A DNA stretch of 64,000 bases from an uncultured Candidatus Rokubacteria bacterium (lineage in GTDB: Bacteria > Methylomirabilota > Methylomirabilia > Rokubacteriales > DASRDR01): assembly GCA_963826115.1 (NCBI GenBank), contig CAWGVS010000003.1, positions 128,001 to 192,000 on the forward strand, given 5' to 3'. Every line of letters begins with the position of its first letter. The first letter of the stretch is position 1. Both the position numbers and the translations under genes were made by a program. The notes under the pieces were generated by a model. That model was given only the letters and a program-made list of their open reading frames with translations. It was not told the DNA's origin and did not search any database. This document shows positions 19,374 through 29,786 of the stretch, one piece after another.

Positions 19374-20324
19374 TCAGCTGGCCCGTCGTCCCGTCCGACT
19401 CGGCGGCCCTAGTTCGCCCTTCGCGCCAGAATCCCCCTCCCTGGGCGTGTCGGGTGCCAGCCCAAAGAGCCTGCCCGCAGTCCGGGCTCGGTGCTGCGGC
19501 TTGGCTAGCTCCCGGACACGCCCGTCCTCGATCAACAGGATGCGGTCGGCCTCCTGAGCGAGGCGGTCGTCATGAGTGATCATGATGAACGCGACTCCGT
19601 GCTCGCGGCTCATCTCCCGCATCAGGGCGAAGACCTCTTCACCGGCGCGGCTGTCCAGGTTCCCGGTCGGCTCGTCGGCCAGGATGATCTTCGGGGCGTT
19701 TGCCAGCGCCCGCACGATGGCACAGCGCTGGTTCTGGCCACCGCTCATCTCGCCGGGTCGCTTGTGCAGCTCCCCCTCGAGCCCGACCCGGCGCAGGAGT
19801 CCCACGACACGCGCCCGCTGAGCGTCGGTGACGCCTCCGCATCGGATGATGATGGGCATCAGGGCGTTCTCCAGGCAGCTGAACTCGTCGAGCAGGTAAT
19901 GGAACTGGAACACGAATCCGATCTCGTCGCTCCGGAAGTCGGCCAACCCATCGTCGTCGAGCCCACCGATGTCCACGCCGTTGATCACGACCGAACCGCC
20001 CGTGGGCGTGTCCAGGGCTCCGAGGAGGTTGAGAAGCGTCGTCTTCCCACTGCCCGACTGGCCGACGATCGCCACGAATTCGCCTGATCGGATCTCGAGG
20101 TCGACGCCGTGCAGAACCGGCACCGGCACCTTGCCACCATAGGTCTTCCGAAGATCGCGCGTCTCCACCACGACCGGCCCGGCAACCCGCGACTCGTCAT
20201 CACCGGGGTCAGAAGACCCGGCGGGATCGACCTCCGAGGGCGCCGGGCTGTCGGCGTCGGCGGGTCGTCGGCCTTGGGGCCCCGGGCCGGGACCGAGCGG
20301 GCGGCCTTGATCCGATGGCTTCAT
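19374..20324 (-). CDS. ABC transporter ATP-binding protein (LolD/MacB type)
   Basis: GQSGSGKT, MSGGQNQR, ILADEPTGNLD, ITHD. Confidence 0.92.
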   Translation of the reverse strand: MKPSDQGRPLGPGPGPQGRRPADADSPAPSEVDPAGSSDPGDDESRVAGPVVVETRDLRKTYGGKVPVPVLHGVDLEIRSGEFVAIVGQSGSGKTTLLNLLGALDTPTGGSVVINGVDIGGLDDDGLADFRSDEIGFVFQFHYLLDEFSCLENALMPIIIRCGGVTDAQRARVVGLLRRVGLEGELHKRPGEMSGGQNQRCAIVRALANAPKIILADEPTGNLDSRAGEEVFALMREMSREHGVAFIMITHDDRLAQEADRILLIEDGRVRELAKPQHRARTAGRLFGLAPDTPREGDSGAKGELGPPSRTGRRAS

Positions 20325-21586
20325 CGCATCACGTCCACCGGGTTCAGCCGCGCGGCTCGGCGGGAGGGCAGATAGGCCGCCAGCACCGTCGCGACGATCG
20401 CCGCGCCCACGGCCAGGCCGATGTAGGCGGGCAGGATCGCCACCGGGAAGAACTGCTCGGGCAGCTGCCCCGGCCGATACGGGGGCTGTTCGATCCGCCC
20501 GAGGAGGAAGACGATCAGCGTGCCGACGACCGCCCCGATCGCACTTCCCGCGAAGGCGATCCCCAGGCCCTCGAGTACGAAGATGCGCAGGATCTGGCGC
20601 CGCCGAGCGCCGATCGCCTTCAGGATGCCGATCTGCTTGGACTTCTGCAGCACCGAGACGATGAGCACGGACGCGATGGCGAACGACGAGGCGACCAGGC
20701 TGAAGATCGAGATGAGATACGCGGTCGCGCTCTGCATCCGGAGCCGGTCCAGGAAGACCGGAAACTCGCGCGACCAGGACTTTGCCTCGTACGGCACGAG
20801 TCCCATGATCTGGTCCGCGATCTCGTCTGCGCTGTAGATGTCGCGCAGCTTCACGTACACGATGTTGACGGCGGTCCCCAGTCCGAACAGGCTCTGGGCC
20901 GTGCGCAGGGTGATATAGGCGTCGCCGCGACCCTGGCCGCGACTGTAGATGCCCACGATGGTGAACGTCTCGGACGCCCCGGTGTTCGACAGGAGCCGGA
21001 TGCGCTCGCCCATCACCAGGTTCAGGTCCTTCGCGAGCTCCGTGTCCACGACGATCTCGTCGCTTGCGAGATCCCGGAATCGGCCCATCACCATGTACTT
21101 CGTGATCGGAGTGACCTCGTCCTGGAGCACCGGATCCGCCCCGACGACACCGACCCCGACGGCGTGACTGCCCTTGGACGCGAATCCCTGCTGCCGGACG
21201 ACGGGGTTCACGAGGGCCACACCGGGCAGGGCCCGGATCGTCTCGGTCACGCGCGGCCAGTCGTCGATGTCCTTCTGCTGGGGCGCTAGCTGGTCAATGC
21301 GGCTCGAGCTCGGTCCCGGTGGGGCGCCTGGAACCTCGGCCAGCGGGGTCGGCTTGGGATCCTCGACGCGGATGGTCACGTGCGGAATGGCCTCGGTCAG
21401 GAGGGCGGTCAGCTTCCGGTGGAGGCCGAAGATCAGCGCCGTGACGAAGATCACGATGATCACTGCGGCGGCGACCGCGCTGATCGTCAGCCACGTCTGG
21501 CCGCCGCCCGATCGAAGGTGACGGGCGGCCACCAGGAGCTCGAAGCGAAGCCCCGGCCGGCGCGCCGCGGGCCGCTCCCCGCTCAC
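20321..21586 (-). CDS. ABC transporter permease (MacB/FtsX/LolE type)
   Basis: FELLVAARHLR, QIGILKAIGA, PSRRAARLNPV; GTG start overlaps the upstream stop. Confidence 0.9.
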   Translation of the reverse strand: MSGERPAARRPGLRFELLVAARHLRSGGGQTWLTISAVAAAVIIVIFVTALIFGLHRKLTALLTEAIPHVTIRVEDPKPTPLAEVPGAPPGPSSSRIDQLAPQQKDIDDWPRVTETIRALPGVALVNPVVRQQGFASKGSHAVGVGVVGADPVLQDEVTPITKYMVMGRFRDLASDEIVVDTELAKDLNLVMGERIRLLSNTGASETFTIVGIYSRGQGRGDAYITLRTAQSLFGLGTAVNIVYVKLRDIYSADEIADQIMGLVPYEAKSWSREFPVFLDRLRMQSATAYLISIFSLVASSFAIASVLIVSVLQKSKQIGILKAIGARRRQILRIFVLEGLGIAFAGSAIGAVVGTLIVFLLGRIEQPPYRPGQLPEQFFPVAILPAYIGLAVGAAIVATVLAAYLPSRRAARLNPVDVMR

Positions 21587-22995
21587 CGCCCCCCTCGCTC
21601 GCTCGAGGAACGGATTCGGACGCGGTCCCCAGGATGGATCGCCACGGGGTTCGTGATCACGCGGTCGTCGAGGCCGAGTCCGCCCACTACGGGAACGCCG
21701 TCCTTCGTAGGCGGTCGCGTCTGGACCATCTTCTCGACCGCGCGAGAGTTCTGCACCACCAGCACGACGGTCCGGTCCCCGACCCGACGTAGCGCCACCG
21801 CCGGCACCAGAATTCGTTGCGCGGCCGGGTTGGTCACGATGTTGACGTTGACCGTCTGCCCGGGACGCAGCCACCCCGGTGGCTTGTTCGGCACGACGGT
21901 CACCATGATCGTCCCGCGCGTCTGATCGACAGCGGCGGCGATCTCGGAAACGGATCCCGCGAACGTGGATCCGAGGAACGTGCCAGAGGAGATGACCGCG
22001 GACTGGCCGACCGCAAGATCAGCGAGATTGGTCTCGTCGACGTCCACGTGGATCTCCAGCTCGTTGCTGACCAGCCGCAGGACGCCCTGGGCTCCCACCG
22101 TCTGGCCCACCTCGGCATTGATCGCCGTCACCACCCCGCCGAAGGGCGCGAGCACGACCGCCTCCTGCGCCTGGCGACGAGCCACCGCCAGGGCTCGCTC
22201 GGATTCCCGCACGCGCTCCCGGGCGATCGCGACGTCTTCCGGTCGAGCGCCGACCTCCAGCGTCCGCAGCCGAGCCTCCTGGACTCCGACGTTGGCCTCG
22301 GCGGCGGCCACTCCTCCGCGGAACGCGCGCACGACGGTCTCGGCGACGGCAACCGCCTGCCGCTGGGCAGCGACCTGCTGCTCCACCACGCGGGAGCGGG
22401 TCAGAGCTTCGTCGTGCTCGGCCCTGGCGACGAGCCCGCGCTCGAGCAGCCGCTCGGCCCGCTCCAGCTGACGGGCAGCCAGCTCCCGCTCAGCCTGGTG
22501 CTGAGCGAGCTGAGCCTGCGCCTGAACGACGGTCTGTTCGGCCTGGGCCAGCGACGACTGCTGCTGAGCGAGTTGGGCGCGGGCCTGCTGGACCTGCGCC
22601 GTCGCGGCCTCGAGCTCGGACGGCAGCGCGCCGCGCGCCACCTGAACCAGCGTGGCCTGAGCGGTCGTCAGGGCCGCCTCCGCCTGCGCAACCCGGGCCT
22701 CGGCAACGTCGCTCTTGATGAGCGCCAGCCTCTGACCCGCCGAGACCCGTTCCCCTTCCTGAACGTAGAGCCGCTCCACGACTCCGGCCGCCTGGGCCCC
22801 CGCGAGCGTCTCGGTGACCCCGCGGACCCGTCCGCTGCTGGCGATCGATTCGATGATGCTGGCGGGCACCGGCCGAGCGACGGACACGTCCTTGGCCCGC
22901 TGCCCCCACCAGATCCCGGCTCCGACCGTCAGGACTCCCAGCAGGACCAGGGACATGATCCAGGAGCCCCTGAGTCTAGGCACAGTCCTCTCCAT
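21583..22995 (-). CDS. efflux periplasmic adaptor (HlyD/MacA type)
   Basis: N-terminal TM, lipoyl half-motifs, long coiled coil, APFGGVV, LRPGQT. Confidence 0.9.
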   Translation of the reverse strand: MERTVPRLRGSWIMSLVLLGVLTVGAGIWWGQRAKDVSVARPVPASIIESIASSGRVRGVTETLAGAQAAGVVERLYVQEGERVSAGQRLALIKSDVAEARVAQAEAALTTAQATLVQVARGALPSELEAATAQVQQARAQLAQQQSSLAQAEQTVVQAQAQLAQHQAERELAARQLERAERLLERGLVARAEHDEALTRSRVVEQQVAAQRQAVAVAETVVRAFRGGVAAAEANVGVQEARLRTLEVGARPEDVAIARERVRESERALAVARRQAQEAVVLAPFGGVVTAINAEVGQTVGAQGVLRLVSNELEIHVDVDETNLADLAVGQSAVISSGTFLGSTFAGSVSEIAAAVDQTRGTIMVTVVPNKPPGWLRPGQTVNVNIVTNPAAQRILVPAVALRRVGDRTVVLVVQNSRAVEKMVQTRPPTKDGVPVVGGLGLDDRVITNPVAIHPGDRVRIRSSSERGGR

Positions 22996-23009
22996 TCGCG
23001 CGGTCAGGT

Positions 23010-23025
23010 TGCAATGGCTCTGCCA
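23010..23025 (-). promoter_or_regulatory. sigma54 promoter (adaptor-ABC operon, possibly including ZIP)
   Basis: Minus strand TGGCAG-AGCCA-TTGCA. Confidence 0.78.
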
Positions 23026-23079
23026 GGAGGTAACCTGGCGTCTCCACTGCGGAACACTCCCCCAGTCGTCACGTGAGCC

Positions 23080-23117
23080 GGGGGTCCCGGCTACCCACCC
23101 GAGGCACGATCGCCCCA
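23080..23117. promoter_or_regulatory. candidate tandem UAS
   Basis: CGAGGC-ACGATC-GCCCCA at 23100 (92 bp from the promoter) and weaker GGGGGT-CCCGGC-TACCCA at 23080. Confidence 0.55.
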
Positions 23118-23249
23118 GCCCTGGGCCGGGCGCCTCGCCAGGACCAGATCCAAAGCAGTGGGCAGCCTAGATGGATGATGGAAGGCGCCGATACCGTTCG
23201 GCTTCTCGCGAGTTCCGGCCAAGGACACCGCCAGCGCGAGCGATCGAGT

Positions 23250-23738
23250 CTAGTTGGGTGTCGTCTGGCCTGGACCTCCGCCAAGACGCCGGAGGAGTTG
23301 ATCCAGGAAGCCGCGCTGTCCCTGGATGATCCGGTCCCGGGCCTCGTCAATCAGAAACCAAGCGGCGCGGTCAACCTCGGGGAACTCCTGGACGTGGCCC
23401 GAGCGGGGTGGCCACTCGATCGCGAACGTGTTGCTCCTGATCGCCGCCGGGTCACAGTCCCCCTCGACCGCCCAGGCGTGGATGATCTTCCCGCCGGGTT
23501 GCCTGATCGGCATCAGGGATAGGAAGGCACCCGATATCTCGGCGCCCGTCTCCTCGAGAAGCTCCCGCCGCGCTGCGCCGAGAGGCTCCTCGTCGGGCCG
23601 GACCTCGCCCTTGGGAATGGACCAGGCCCCCAGGTCCCTCGACTGCCAGAAGGGTCCTCCCGGGTGCACCAGGAACACCTCCCAAGCCGCGGGTCCACGC
23701 CGGTAGACCAGAACGCCCGCGCTACGCTTTCTCGGCAC
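23250..23738 (-). CDS. NUDIX hydrolase
   Basis: HPGGPFW, WSIPKGE...AARRELLEETG Nudix box, EWPPRSG. Confidence 0.92.
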   Translation of the reverse strand: MPRKRSAGVLVYRRGPAAWEVFLVHPGGPFWQSRDLGAWSIPKGEVRPDEEPLGAARRELLEETGAEISGAFLSLMPIRQPGGKIIHAWAVEGDCDPAAIRSNTFAIEWPPRSGHVQEFPEVDRAAWFLIDEARDRIIQGQRGFLDQLLRRLGGGPGQTTPN

Positions 23739-23794
23739 TATTCGAGGACATCGAGGCAGTCGTGGTCGACGAGATCGGTGTCGTGGGTCGCTTC

Positions 23795-24022
23795 CTAAAC
23801 AGGCTCCCGCCCCAGGTCCTCCTCGACATCCCCCTGCGAACGCCGACAGTGGTCACACCGCGTTCGGAGCCACAGGTTCCCGTCCGCATCCTCAGGGCCG
23901 CGGCTCTCCGCATGGATCAAGCCGCCACACGGGCAGGCTTCGGGGTACTCCTCGAGACATTCGGGGCATTGGGCATCTCCGACGTGGTGAACGACTTCTT
24001 CCTCGACCGCAAAGAACTGCAT
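23795..24022 (-). CDS. small acidic Cys-rich (metal-binding) protein
   Basis: 75 aa; CPEC, CPC..H, CDHC; GGAGGG RBS before ATG. Confidence 0.7.
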   Translation of the reverse strand: MQFFAVEEEVVHHVGDAQCPECLEEYPEACPCGGLIHAESRGPEDADGNLWLRTRCDHCRRSQGDVEEDLGREPV

Positions 24023-24102
24023 GGGGACCCCTCCATCCTCATGGGTTTCGCAACCGCGGTGCCGACAGGTGCGTTCGGCCAACCCTGGCTCCAGATCCGG
24101 CG

Positions 24103-25011
24103 TCACCCGGACTGGCTGCCCCGCTGAATCAGCTTCCCTGGAAGCAGGGACGAGCATGCCATCACATGCGTGATCGCGTCACGATCATACTCGTCGTTCG
24201 AGCGGTAGGTGGCGAAGTAGCGCTGCAGCGCACGAACCCGCTCAAGGTGGGCCCCCACCGCCTGCAATCCGACCGACACCCCGTGGTTCGTGAACGCGAA
24301 CCGCACGTCGCGCAGGCCGGGCTCGCGACAGAAGTACCCGGGTGGATCCACCCACATCCGGTCGAGGGTCGCGAGCGAACGCTCGCGCAGCACCCGCGCC
24401 CAGGTCGCGCCGGGAAAGAAGTGCGACATCCACAGGATCATCCCCAGGCCGAGGTCCTGAGTGACGTCAAGATCCCCATACAGCCGCTGAACCAGCCCCT
24501 GCATGTCTCGGATCTCTCCGGCGAGCTCCGCCTCATCCAGCAGCCGGTAAACCACGTAGCCGTGGAACGGATCCAGTGCTCCATAGCCGAATCCTGGATA
24601 AGGAGCGCTGAGATCCTCGCGCATCTTCCAGATCACGCCGACCCCGGGCCGAACGAAGGCAGGATGGATCTGGCGGACCAGCGCGATGGCCTGCTGGCGA
24701 TACGCGGGCCGCTTCTCGGCGAGCACGTGAAGCGCGAACAGCCACATGGCGAGATAGTGGAAGTACTGTCCATCTCGATCGGGCGCCTCCCCGATCCGAA
24801 TGCCGCGCGGCCGTCCGAGCACCCGGCCCACGTCCGCCACCACTCCCTCCGCCGCATCCACGTACCGATCGTCGAGCATTTCCGAGGCGAGCGACACGAG
24901 CAACACGACGCCGAACGCATCGGTCCAGAGGTACCGGGGCCCGTTCGGCCAGATGCGCTCGCGGCGCATCCACTCGAGCCTGCGCAGCGTCTCCTCGGCC
25001 TCCGGCCGCAT
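24103..25011 (-). CDS. conserved hypothetical protein (RYLWTDAF / DGQYFHY type)
   Basis: Coding-like sequence; motifs RYLWTDAFG, GIRIG, DGQYFHYLAMWLFAL, AITHVMAC. Confidence 0.8.
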   Translation of the reverse strand: MRPEAEETLRRLEWMRRERIWPNGPRYLWTDAFGVVLLVSLASEMLDDRYVDAAEGVVADVGRVLGRPRGIRIGEAPDRDGQYFHYLAMWLFALHVLAEKRPAYRQQAIALVRQIHPAFVRPGVGVIWKMREDLSAPYPGFGYGALDPFHGYVVYRLLDEAELAGEIRDMQGLVQRLYGDLDVTQDLGLGMILWMSHFFPGATWARVLRERSLATLDRMWVDPPGYFCREPGLRDVRFAFTNHGVSVGLQAVGAHLERVRALQRYFATYRSNDEYDRDAITHVMACSSLLPGKLIQRGSQSG

Positions 25012-25260
25012 CAGACCGACCCGCCTCCGGACCGCCGACGCGGTGACACGGTTTCCCTCTGGAAAGGCAGCGCGCCCCGAACAGCCGCCAGCACGCGAGC
25101 GACGCCGGAACGGGTCGCCTGCTCCCGCGCGAAGCCGACGAACGGCAGGTCGTGTCTCGTGACGCGCGCGATCCGCGCCTGCAACGAGAGCAACCGCGAC
25201 GGCGCCCGGAGCCCTGCCACTCGAGCCCACCGCGGCATCAGGGGGCCTCGGACAGCGGCC

Positions 25261-27267
25261 TCAGGCCGCGCCGGTGCTGAACGGGTGCAACGCCGGGAGC
25301 ATCCGCGTCTCGGCGGCGGTGATGGGCCGCACCGCTTGCGTCTCATCGAACCAGATGTACTCGTCGAACTGGTACGGCAGTGAGGCGTGGAAGTAGTGGC
25401 TCTGGAGCTCCGTGTCCGGCCGGTAGACGACGCCGACGGCGCGCTCGAGTCGAGAGGACGCCAACTCCGCGCGCACCTCCTCGCGCGCCGGAGCGCGGAG
25501 ATGCAGCCGGAAGGCCTTGACGCCCGAGTCGTGACACAGGCGCTCGTAGCTCTCGGGATGGGCGGGCCGCAGCTTCATGATCCGCATCGGCCCATCCCAA
25601 TCATGCGCGGCGGCAACTGTCCCGTGATCGGTGCCGAACCCGACCAGGGAGACCGCGTCGCCGAATCGTTCCCGGCACAGCTGTCCGAGATTCAGCTCGC
25701 CGCGCGCGCTCATCTCGGTCGCCCGCGCGTCACCGAGATGCGAGTTGTGCGCCCACACGACGGCTTTCGAGGATGGCCCGTGGAACGCGAGCAGGCGCTC
25801 GAGCGTGTCGAACATGTGCCGGTCGCGCTGATTCCAGGACTCGGCCGCTCCGTAGTACATCGACCGGTAGTAGCGCTCGGCGTCAGCGACGAGGCGCGCA
25901 TTCTGCACGGCGTCGAGGAACCGCTCGCCGTCCCGTTCCGCATAGTCGAGCTCCCGGCTGAGCATGTCGCGCAACATCGCCACCGCCTCCTTCTCGCAGA
26001 CGCGGTAGCGCCCGCTGATGGCGGCACGCCCATAGGCTTGCGGATCGGCCTGCCAGGGCGTCAAGCAAGAGTACCGCTCGCGGGCAAGGCGGGCGGCCGG
26101 CGGATCCACCCGCTCCAGGTACTCGAGCACGGAGCGAATCGACGCGAACAGACTGTACAGATCCAGGCCGTAGAAACCGGCCTGCCGCGTCGGCTCGTGG
26201 GCCTCGGCGTTGAAGACCCGCAGCCACTCGACGAAGCCCCACGTCTCGTGGTTCCGCCACATCCAGGTCGGAAACCGCGCAAACACCGACTCCTCGGGAC
26301 GGTGCCCATCCGGAAGCGCCTCGACGTAGCGATTGACGCGGCGCGCATCCGGCCAGTCGGCCTCGACCGCGACGATCCGGAACCCGCGGGTGCGGATGAG
26401 CTCCTGGGTGATGCGAGCGCGCATTCGGTAGAACTCGGAAGTGCCGTGCGTCGCTTCACCGATCAGGACCAGTCGCGATTCGCCGAGCCGCTCGAGCAGC
26501 GCGCCGAGATCCTGGCCATCGATCGATGCGAGCGGCTCGGCGACTTCACGCAGGAGGTGAACCAAGGTGCCTGGACGGCTCAGGGTCTGCGCGGGACGCC
26601 CGTTCCACTCGGTCGGCTCTGCCGTCCAGCCCTGCGTCCCAATCAGCGGCACGAAGCGCACGTCGCCGAGCTCTTCCTCGCGCAGCCGGCCATCCGCTTC
26701 CCGGGTCACCCGGAGCAGGCGTTGAACGCTTCGGCCCTCCCCTACCGGAATCACGAGACGCCCGCCGGGTGCCAGCTGGTCCAGCAGCGCCTCGGGGACT
26801 TTCGGGCCACCTGCCGCGACGACGATCGCGTCGTATGGGGCATGCTCGGGCCAGCCGAGCGTGCCGTCACCATGCAGCACGAGGACGTTCGAGAATCCAA
26901 GCCGGGCAAGACGTTCGGTCGCGACGCGGGCCAGCTCCTCGTGCCGCTCGACCGTATAGACCTCGCGAGCGATCCGGCCGAGAATCGCCGCCGCGTAACC
27001 AGAGCCCGTCCCCACCTCCAGCACGCGATCCCCGGGGCGAAGGGCCGCCGCCGCGGTCATGAGCGCGACGATGTAGGGCTGCGAGATCGTTTGCCCCCGC
27101 TCGATCGGCAGGGGCGCATCCGCATACGCGAACTCCTCGAGCTTCGGCGGTAGGAACGCCTCCCGCGGGACATTCCGCATCGCCTCGAGCACGGCCGGGT
27201 CACGGACGCCTCGAGCGGCGATGTGGGCACGAACCATGCGCACTCGTTCGTCGACCAGGTTCATCAT
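25261..27267 (-). CDS. protein-L-isoaspartate O-methyltransferase fused to an erythromycin-esterase-like domain
   Basis: QTISQPY, LEVGTGSGY, APYDAI followed by IGEATHGT, VEADWPD, FPTWMWRN, WAHNSHLGDA. Confidence 0.92.
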   Translation of the reverse strand: MMNLVDERVRMVRAHIAARGVRDPAVLEAMRNVPREAFLPPKLEEFAYADAPLPIERGQTISQPYIVALMTAAAALRPGDRVLEVGTGSGYAAAILGRIAREVYTVERHEELARVATERLARLGFSNVLVLHGDGTLGWPEHAPYDAIVVAAGGPKVPEALLDQLAPGGRLVIPVGEGRSVQRLLRVTREADGRLREEELGDVRFVPLIGTQGWTAEPTEWNGRPAQTLSRPGTLVHLLREVAEPLASIDGQDLGALLERLGESRLVLIGEATHGTSEFYRMRARITQELIRTRGFRIVAVEADWPDARRVNRYVEALPDGHRPEESVFARFPTWMWRNHETWGFVEWLRVFNAEAHEPTRQAGFYGLDLYSLFASIRSVLEYLERVDPPAARLARERYSCLTPWQADPQAYGRAAISGRYRVCEKEAVAMLRDMLSRELDYAERDGERFLDAVQNARLVADAERYYRSMYYGAAESWNQRDRHMFDTLERLLAFHGPSSKAVVWAHNSHLGDARATEMSARGELNLGQLCRERFGDAVSLVGFGTDHGTVAAAHDWDGPMRIMKLRPAHPESYERLCHDSGVKAFRLHLRAPAREEVRAELASSRLERAVGVVYRPDTELQSHYFHASLPYQFDEYIWFDETQAVRPITAAETRMLPALHPFSTGAA

Positions 27268-27330
27268 TTCACTCCGCCTCGGGAGCCCGGCCAAGGAACG
27301 CCGGCCATCCGGTCGGCGTCCCGGGGACGC

Positions 27331-27750
27331 TCATTCCTCGGACACCAGGTCCTGGACCGCCCGCAGCACGTCGATGTAGCTGACGATTCCGACCACTTCA
27401 CGCGTGTCTGGCTGAACCACGGGGATCGCGCCCACCTTGTTCTCGATCATCAGGTCGATCACCTCGCCCAGGTCGGTCTCCGGCTCGACCGAGATGACGT
27501 CGGAGCTCATCGCCTCGACGACCGGCGCGGCGAGCGCCCGCCGGAGGGCGTCCGCTCCCTCCGTCGTCAGCAGGCGCCCCACGTCCAGGGCGGCGAGATC
27601 GCGGTCGCTCAGCATGCCAAGCAGGATTCCACCTCGCGCGACGGGCACGTGGCGAATGTCAGCCTCGCGCATGACGTCCCACACCTCCGCCAGAGTCGCC
27701 TGCGGAGTCATGGTGATCGGATTCCGCGTCATCACCTCATGGGCTTTCAT
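27331..27750 (-). CDS. CBS domain protein
   Basis: Two CBS repeats (IRHVPV..GMLSDRD; GAIPVV..GIVSYID). Confidence 0.92.
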   Translation of the reverse strand: MKAHEVMTRNPITMTPQATLAEVWDVMREADIRHVPVARGGILLGMLSDRDLAALDVGRLLTTEGADALRRALAAPVVEAMSSDVISVEPETDLGEVIDLMIENKVGAIPVVQPDTREVVGIVSYIDVLRAVQDLVSEE

Positions 27751-27772
27751 CGGATCGATCCCTCCCGCCCTT

Positions 27773-28711
27773 CTAGCCGGGCGAAGTGATCACCTGAGGA
27801 TAGAGTCGGTCGACGTCTTCGCGGCGGCAGAGCGCGGTTCCTGGATTCATCACGGCCGCCGCGCCGGCGGCGACTCCGAAACGCACGGCCTCGCTCAGGG
27901 CACGCCCCCGGGCGAGGGAGAGCACGATGCCCGCCACCAAGCTGTCGCCGGCCCCCACGCTGCTCTTCACCTGGACGGCCGGAGAGGCCAATCGCTCCCG
28001 CTCCGAGGCGGTCACCCACAGAGCACCCCCGGCTCCGAGCGAAAGGACCAGGATCTCGCACCAGCCACGCTTGACGGCCGTGGCCGCGAGACTCGCCAGC
28101 TGCGACTCGTCGCCTCCCTGCTCCCCCGTCAGCGCCCGGAACTCCCGAAGGCTCGGCTTCAGGAGATAGACGCCCTCCTCGACGGCGCGGGCGAGCGGCG
28201 CTCCCGAGGTGTCCAGCACCACCCGGCTTCCGATCTCCCGGCCCACCGCTGCCAGGCGCGCGTAGAAGTCGACCGGGACCCCGGGCGGCAAGCTGCCGCT
28301 CGCCACCAGAAAGTCCGGCGGCGGGCGCAGCTGACGCACCCAGTCCAGGAAGACCGGCCACTCCCGGTCGCCGAGGGCCGCGCCCGGCATGCAGAAGCGG
28401 AACTGGCGGCCGCTCACCTCCTCCAGGACGTTCAGATTCTCGCGCGTCCAGCCGTCCACCGGCATCGGCGCGTGCGGCACGCCTTCTCCGTCGAGCAATC
28501 GCTTCAGCAGCTCGCCGGCCGGCCCCGCCGCGGGGAAGCAGGCCAGCGCGTCTCCGCCGAGCTTCCGGATCGCTCGCGCGACGTTGATCCCCCCGCCTCC
28601 CGGCTCGAATGTCGGGGCTCGGCACCGGAGCTTCTGCTCGGGCAGGACGTAGGGAACGCTGGTGCTCTCGTCGACCGCTGGGTTCATCGTGAGCGTGACG
28701 ATCGAGCGCAT
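27773..28711 (-). CDS. pfkB: PfkB-family (1-phosphofructokinase-like) sugar kinase
   Basis: TLTMNPAVD, PGGGGINVAR, SGSLPPG, LLKPS, VGAGDS. Confidence 0.9.
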   Translation of the reverse strand: MRSIVTLTMNPAVDESTSVPYVLPEQKLRCRAPTFEPGGGGINVARAIRKLGGDALACFPAAGPAGELLKRLLDGEGVPHAPMPVDGWTRENLNVLEEVSGRQFRFCMPGAALGDREWPVFLDWVRQLRPPPDFLVASGSLPPGVPVDFYARLAAVGREIGSRVVLDTSGAPLARAVEEGVYLLKPSLREFRALTGEQGGDESQLASLAATAVKRGWCEILVLSLGAGGALWVTASERERLASPAVQVKSSVGAGDSLVAGIVLSLARGRALSEAVRFGVAAGAAAVMNPGTALCRREDVDRLYPQVITSPG

Positions 28712-28737
28712 CGGTGGCCCCTCCGACGAGAGGCGCA

Positions 28738-29757
28738 TCACTCGATTGCGCGCTCGAGCTCGGGCGCGTATCGCCCATCGCGCGCCGCGCTGTTGCAGCG
28801 TGCCCGGTGATGGAGGGCTCGTTGCCCGGCGGCCACGAGGGCCGGCTTCCCGTGCCATCGCCGCATGGCGTCATCCTGCAAGGCCCGCCCGTAGGAAAAG
28901 CTCAGTGCCCACGGATGAGGGCCACCCTTGGCATTGATGGCATTCAGGTGAGCGGTCGCGAGAACGGCCGTCTGTCCTCCCGATAGGAACACGATCCCGG
29001 GCACGGCAGCGGGGACGGCGCGCCTGAGACAGCGAATCGTCGACGTCGCGACCTCTTCCACGTCGGCCTGGCGAGGGCAGCTCTTGCCGGCGAGCACCAT
29101 GCTCGCCTTCAGGAGCATCGCCTCCGGAACGACGCGCTGATGACGGAGGGCCGAGAAGACCGCGTGCAGCGTGGCCTCGGTGACCTCGAAGCACCGCGCG
29201 ATGGTGTGATCCCCATCCATCAGGACCTCGGGTTCGACGATCGGGACGAGGCCGGCGTCCTGGCACGCCGCCGCGTAGCGAGCGAGCGCGTGCGCATTCG
29301 CCTCGATGCAGCGTGCGCTGGGGATGCCCGGTCCGATGGCGATCACTGCCCGCCACTTCGCGAAGCGCGCGCCGAGAGCCTTGTACTCGCCGAGCCGATC
29401 GCGAAGCCCGTCGAGCCCCTCGGTGACTACCTCGCCGGCCGCGCCGGCCAGCGGTCTCGTGCCCGTGTCCACCTTGATGCCGGGCAGGGTCCCCCGCCGT
29501 GTGAGGAGCTCGGGGAAAGGCGTGCCGTCATCGGCCTTCTGCCGAATGGTCTCGTCGAACAGGATGACGCCGCTGATGAAGTCGGAAATGTCTCGGGTCG
29601 TGAAGAGCAGCTGCCGATAGAGACGGCGATTCTCCTCGCTGTTCTCGATGCCGAGGGCCGCGAAGCGCTTGGCGATCGTGGGATGGCTCTCGTCGGCAGC
29701 CAGGATCCCCCTTCCCGGGGCAACCAGTGCTCGCGCAATCGATTCCAGGGCGTCCAT
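28738..29757 (-). CDS. class I fructose-bisphosphate aldolase
   Basis: GILAADES, GIKVD, FAKWR, PIVEPEV, FLSGGQ, FSYGRALQ. Confidence 0.95.
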   Translation of the reverse strand: MDALESIARALVAPGRGILAADESHPTIAKRFAALGIENSEENRRLYRQLLFTTRDISDFISGVILFDETIRQKADDGTPFPELLTRRGTLPGIKVDTGTRPLAGAAGEVVTEGLDGLRDRLGEYKALGARFAKWRAVIAIGPGIPSARCIEANAHALARYAAACQDAGLVPIVEPEVLMDGDHTIARCFEVTEATLHAVFSALRHQRVVPEAMLLKASMVLAGKSCPRQADVEEVATSTIRCLRRAVPAAVPGIVFLSGGQTAVLATAHLNAINAKGGPHPWALSFSYGRALQDDAMRRWHGKPALVAAGQRALHHRARCNSAARDGRYAPELERAIE

Positions 29758-29786
29758 GTCCGTTTCCTCGCCCGCTCCCGGCCCGT

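Noticed and set aside
25011-25238. 75-aa minus-strand ORF with a TGATG overlap into the RYLWTDAF gene
   Set aside because: It has no recognisable motif or clear RBS, so it cannot be supported as a gene.
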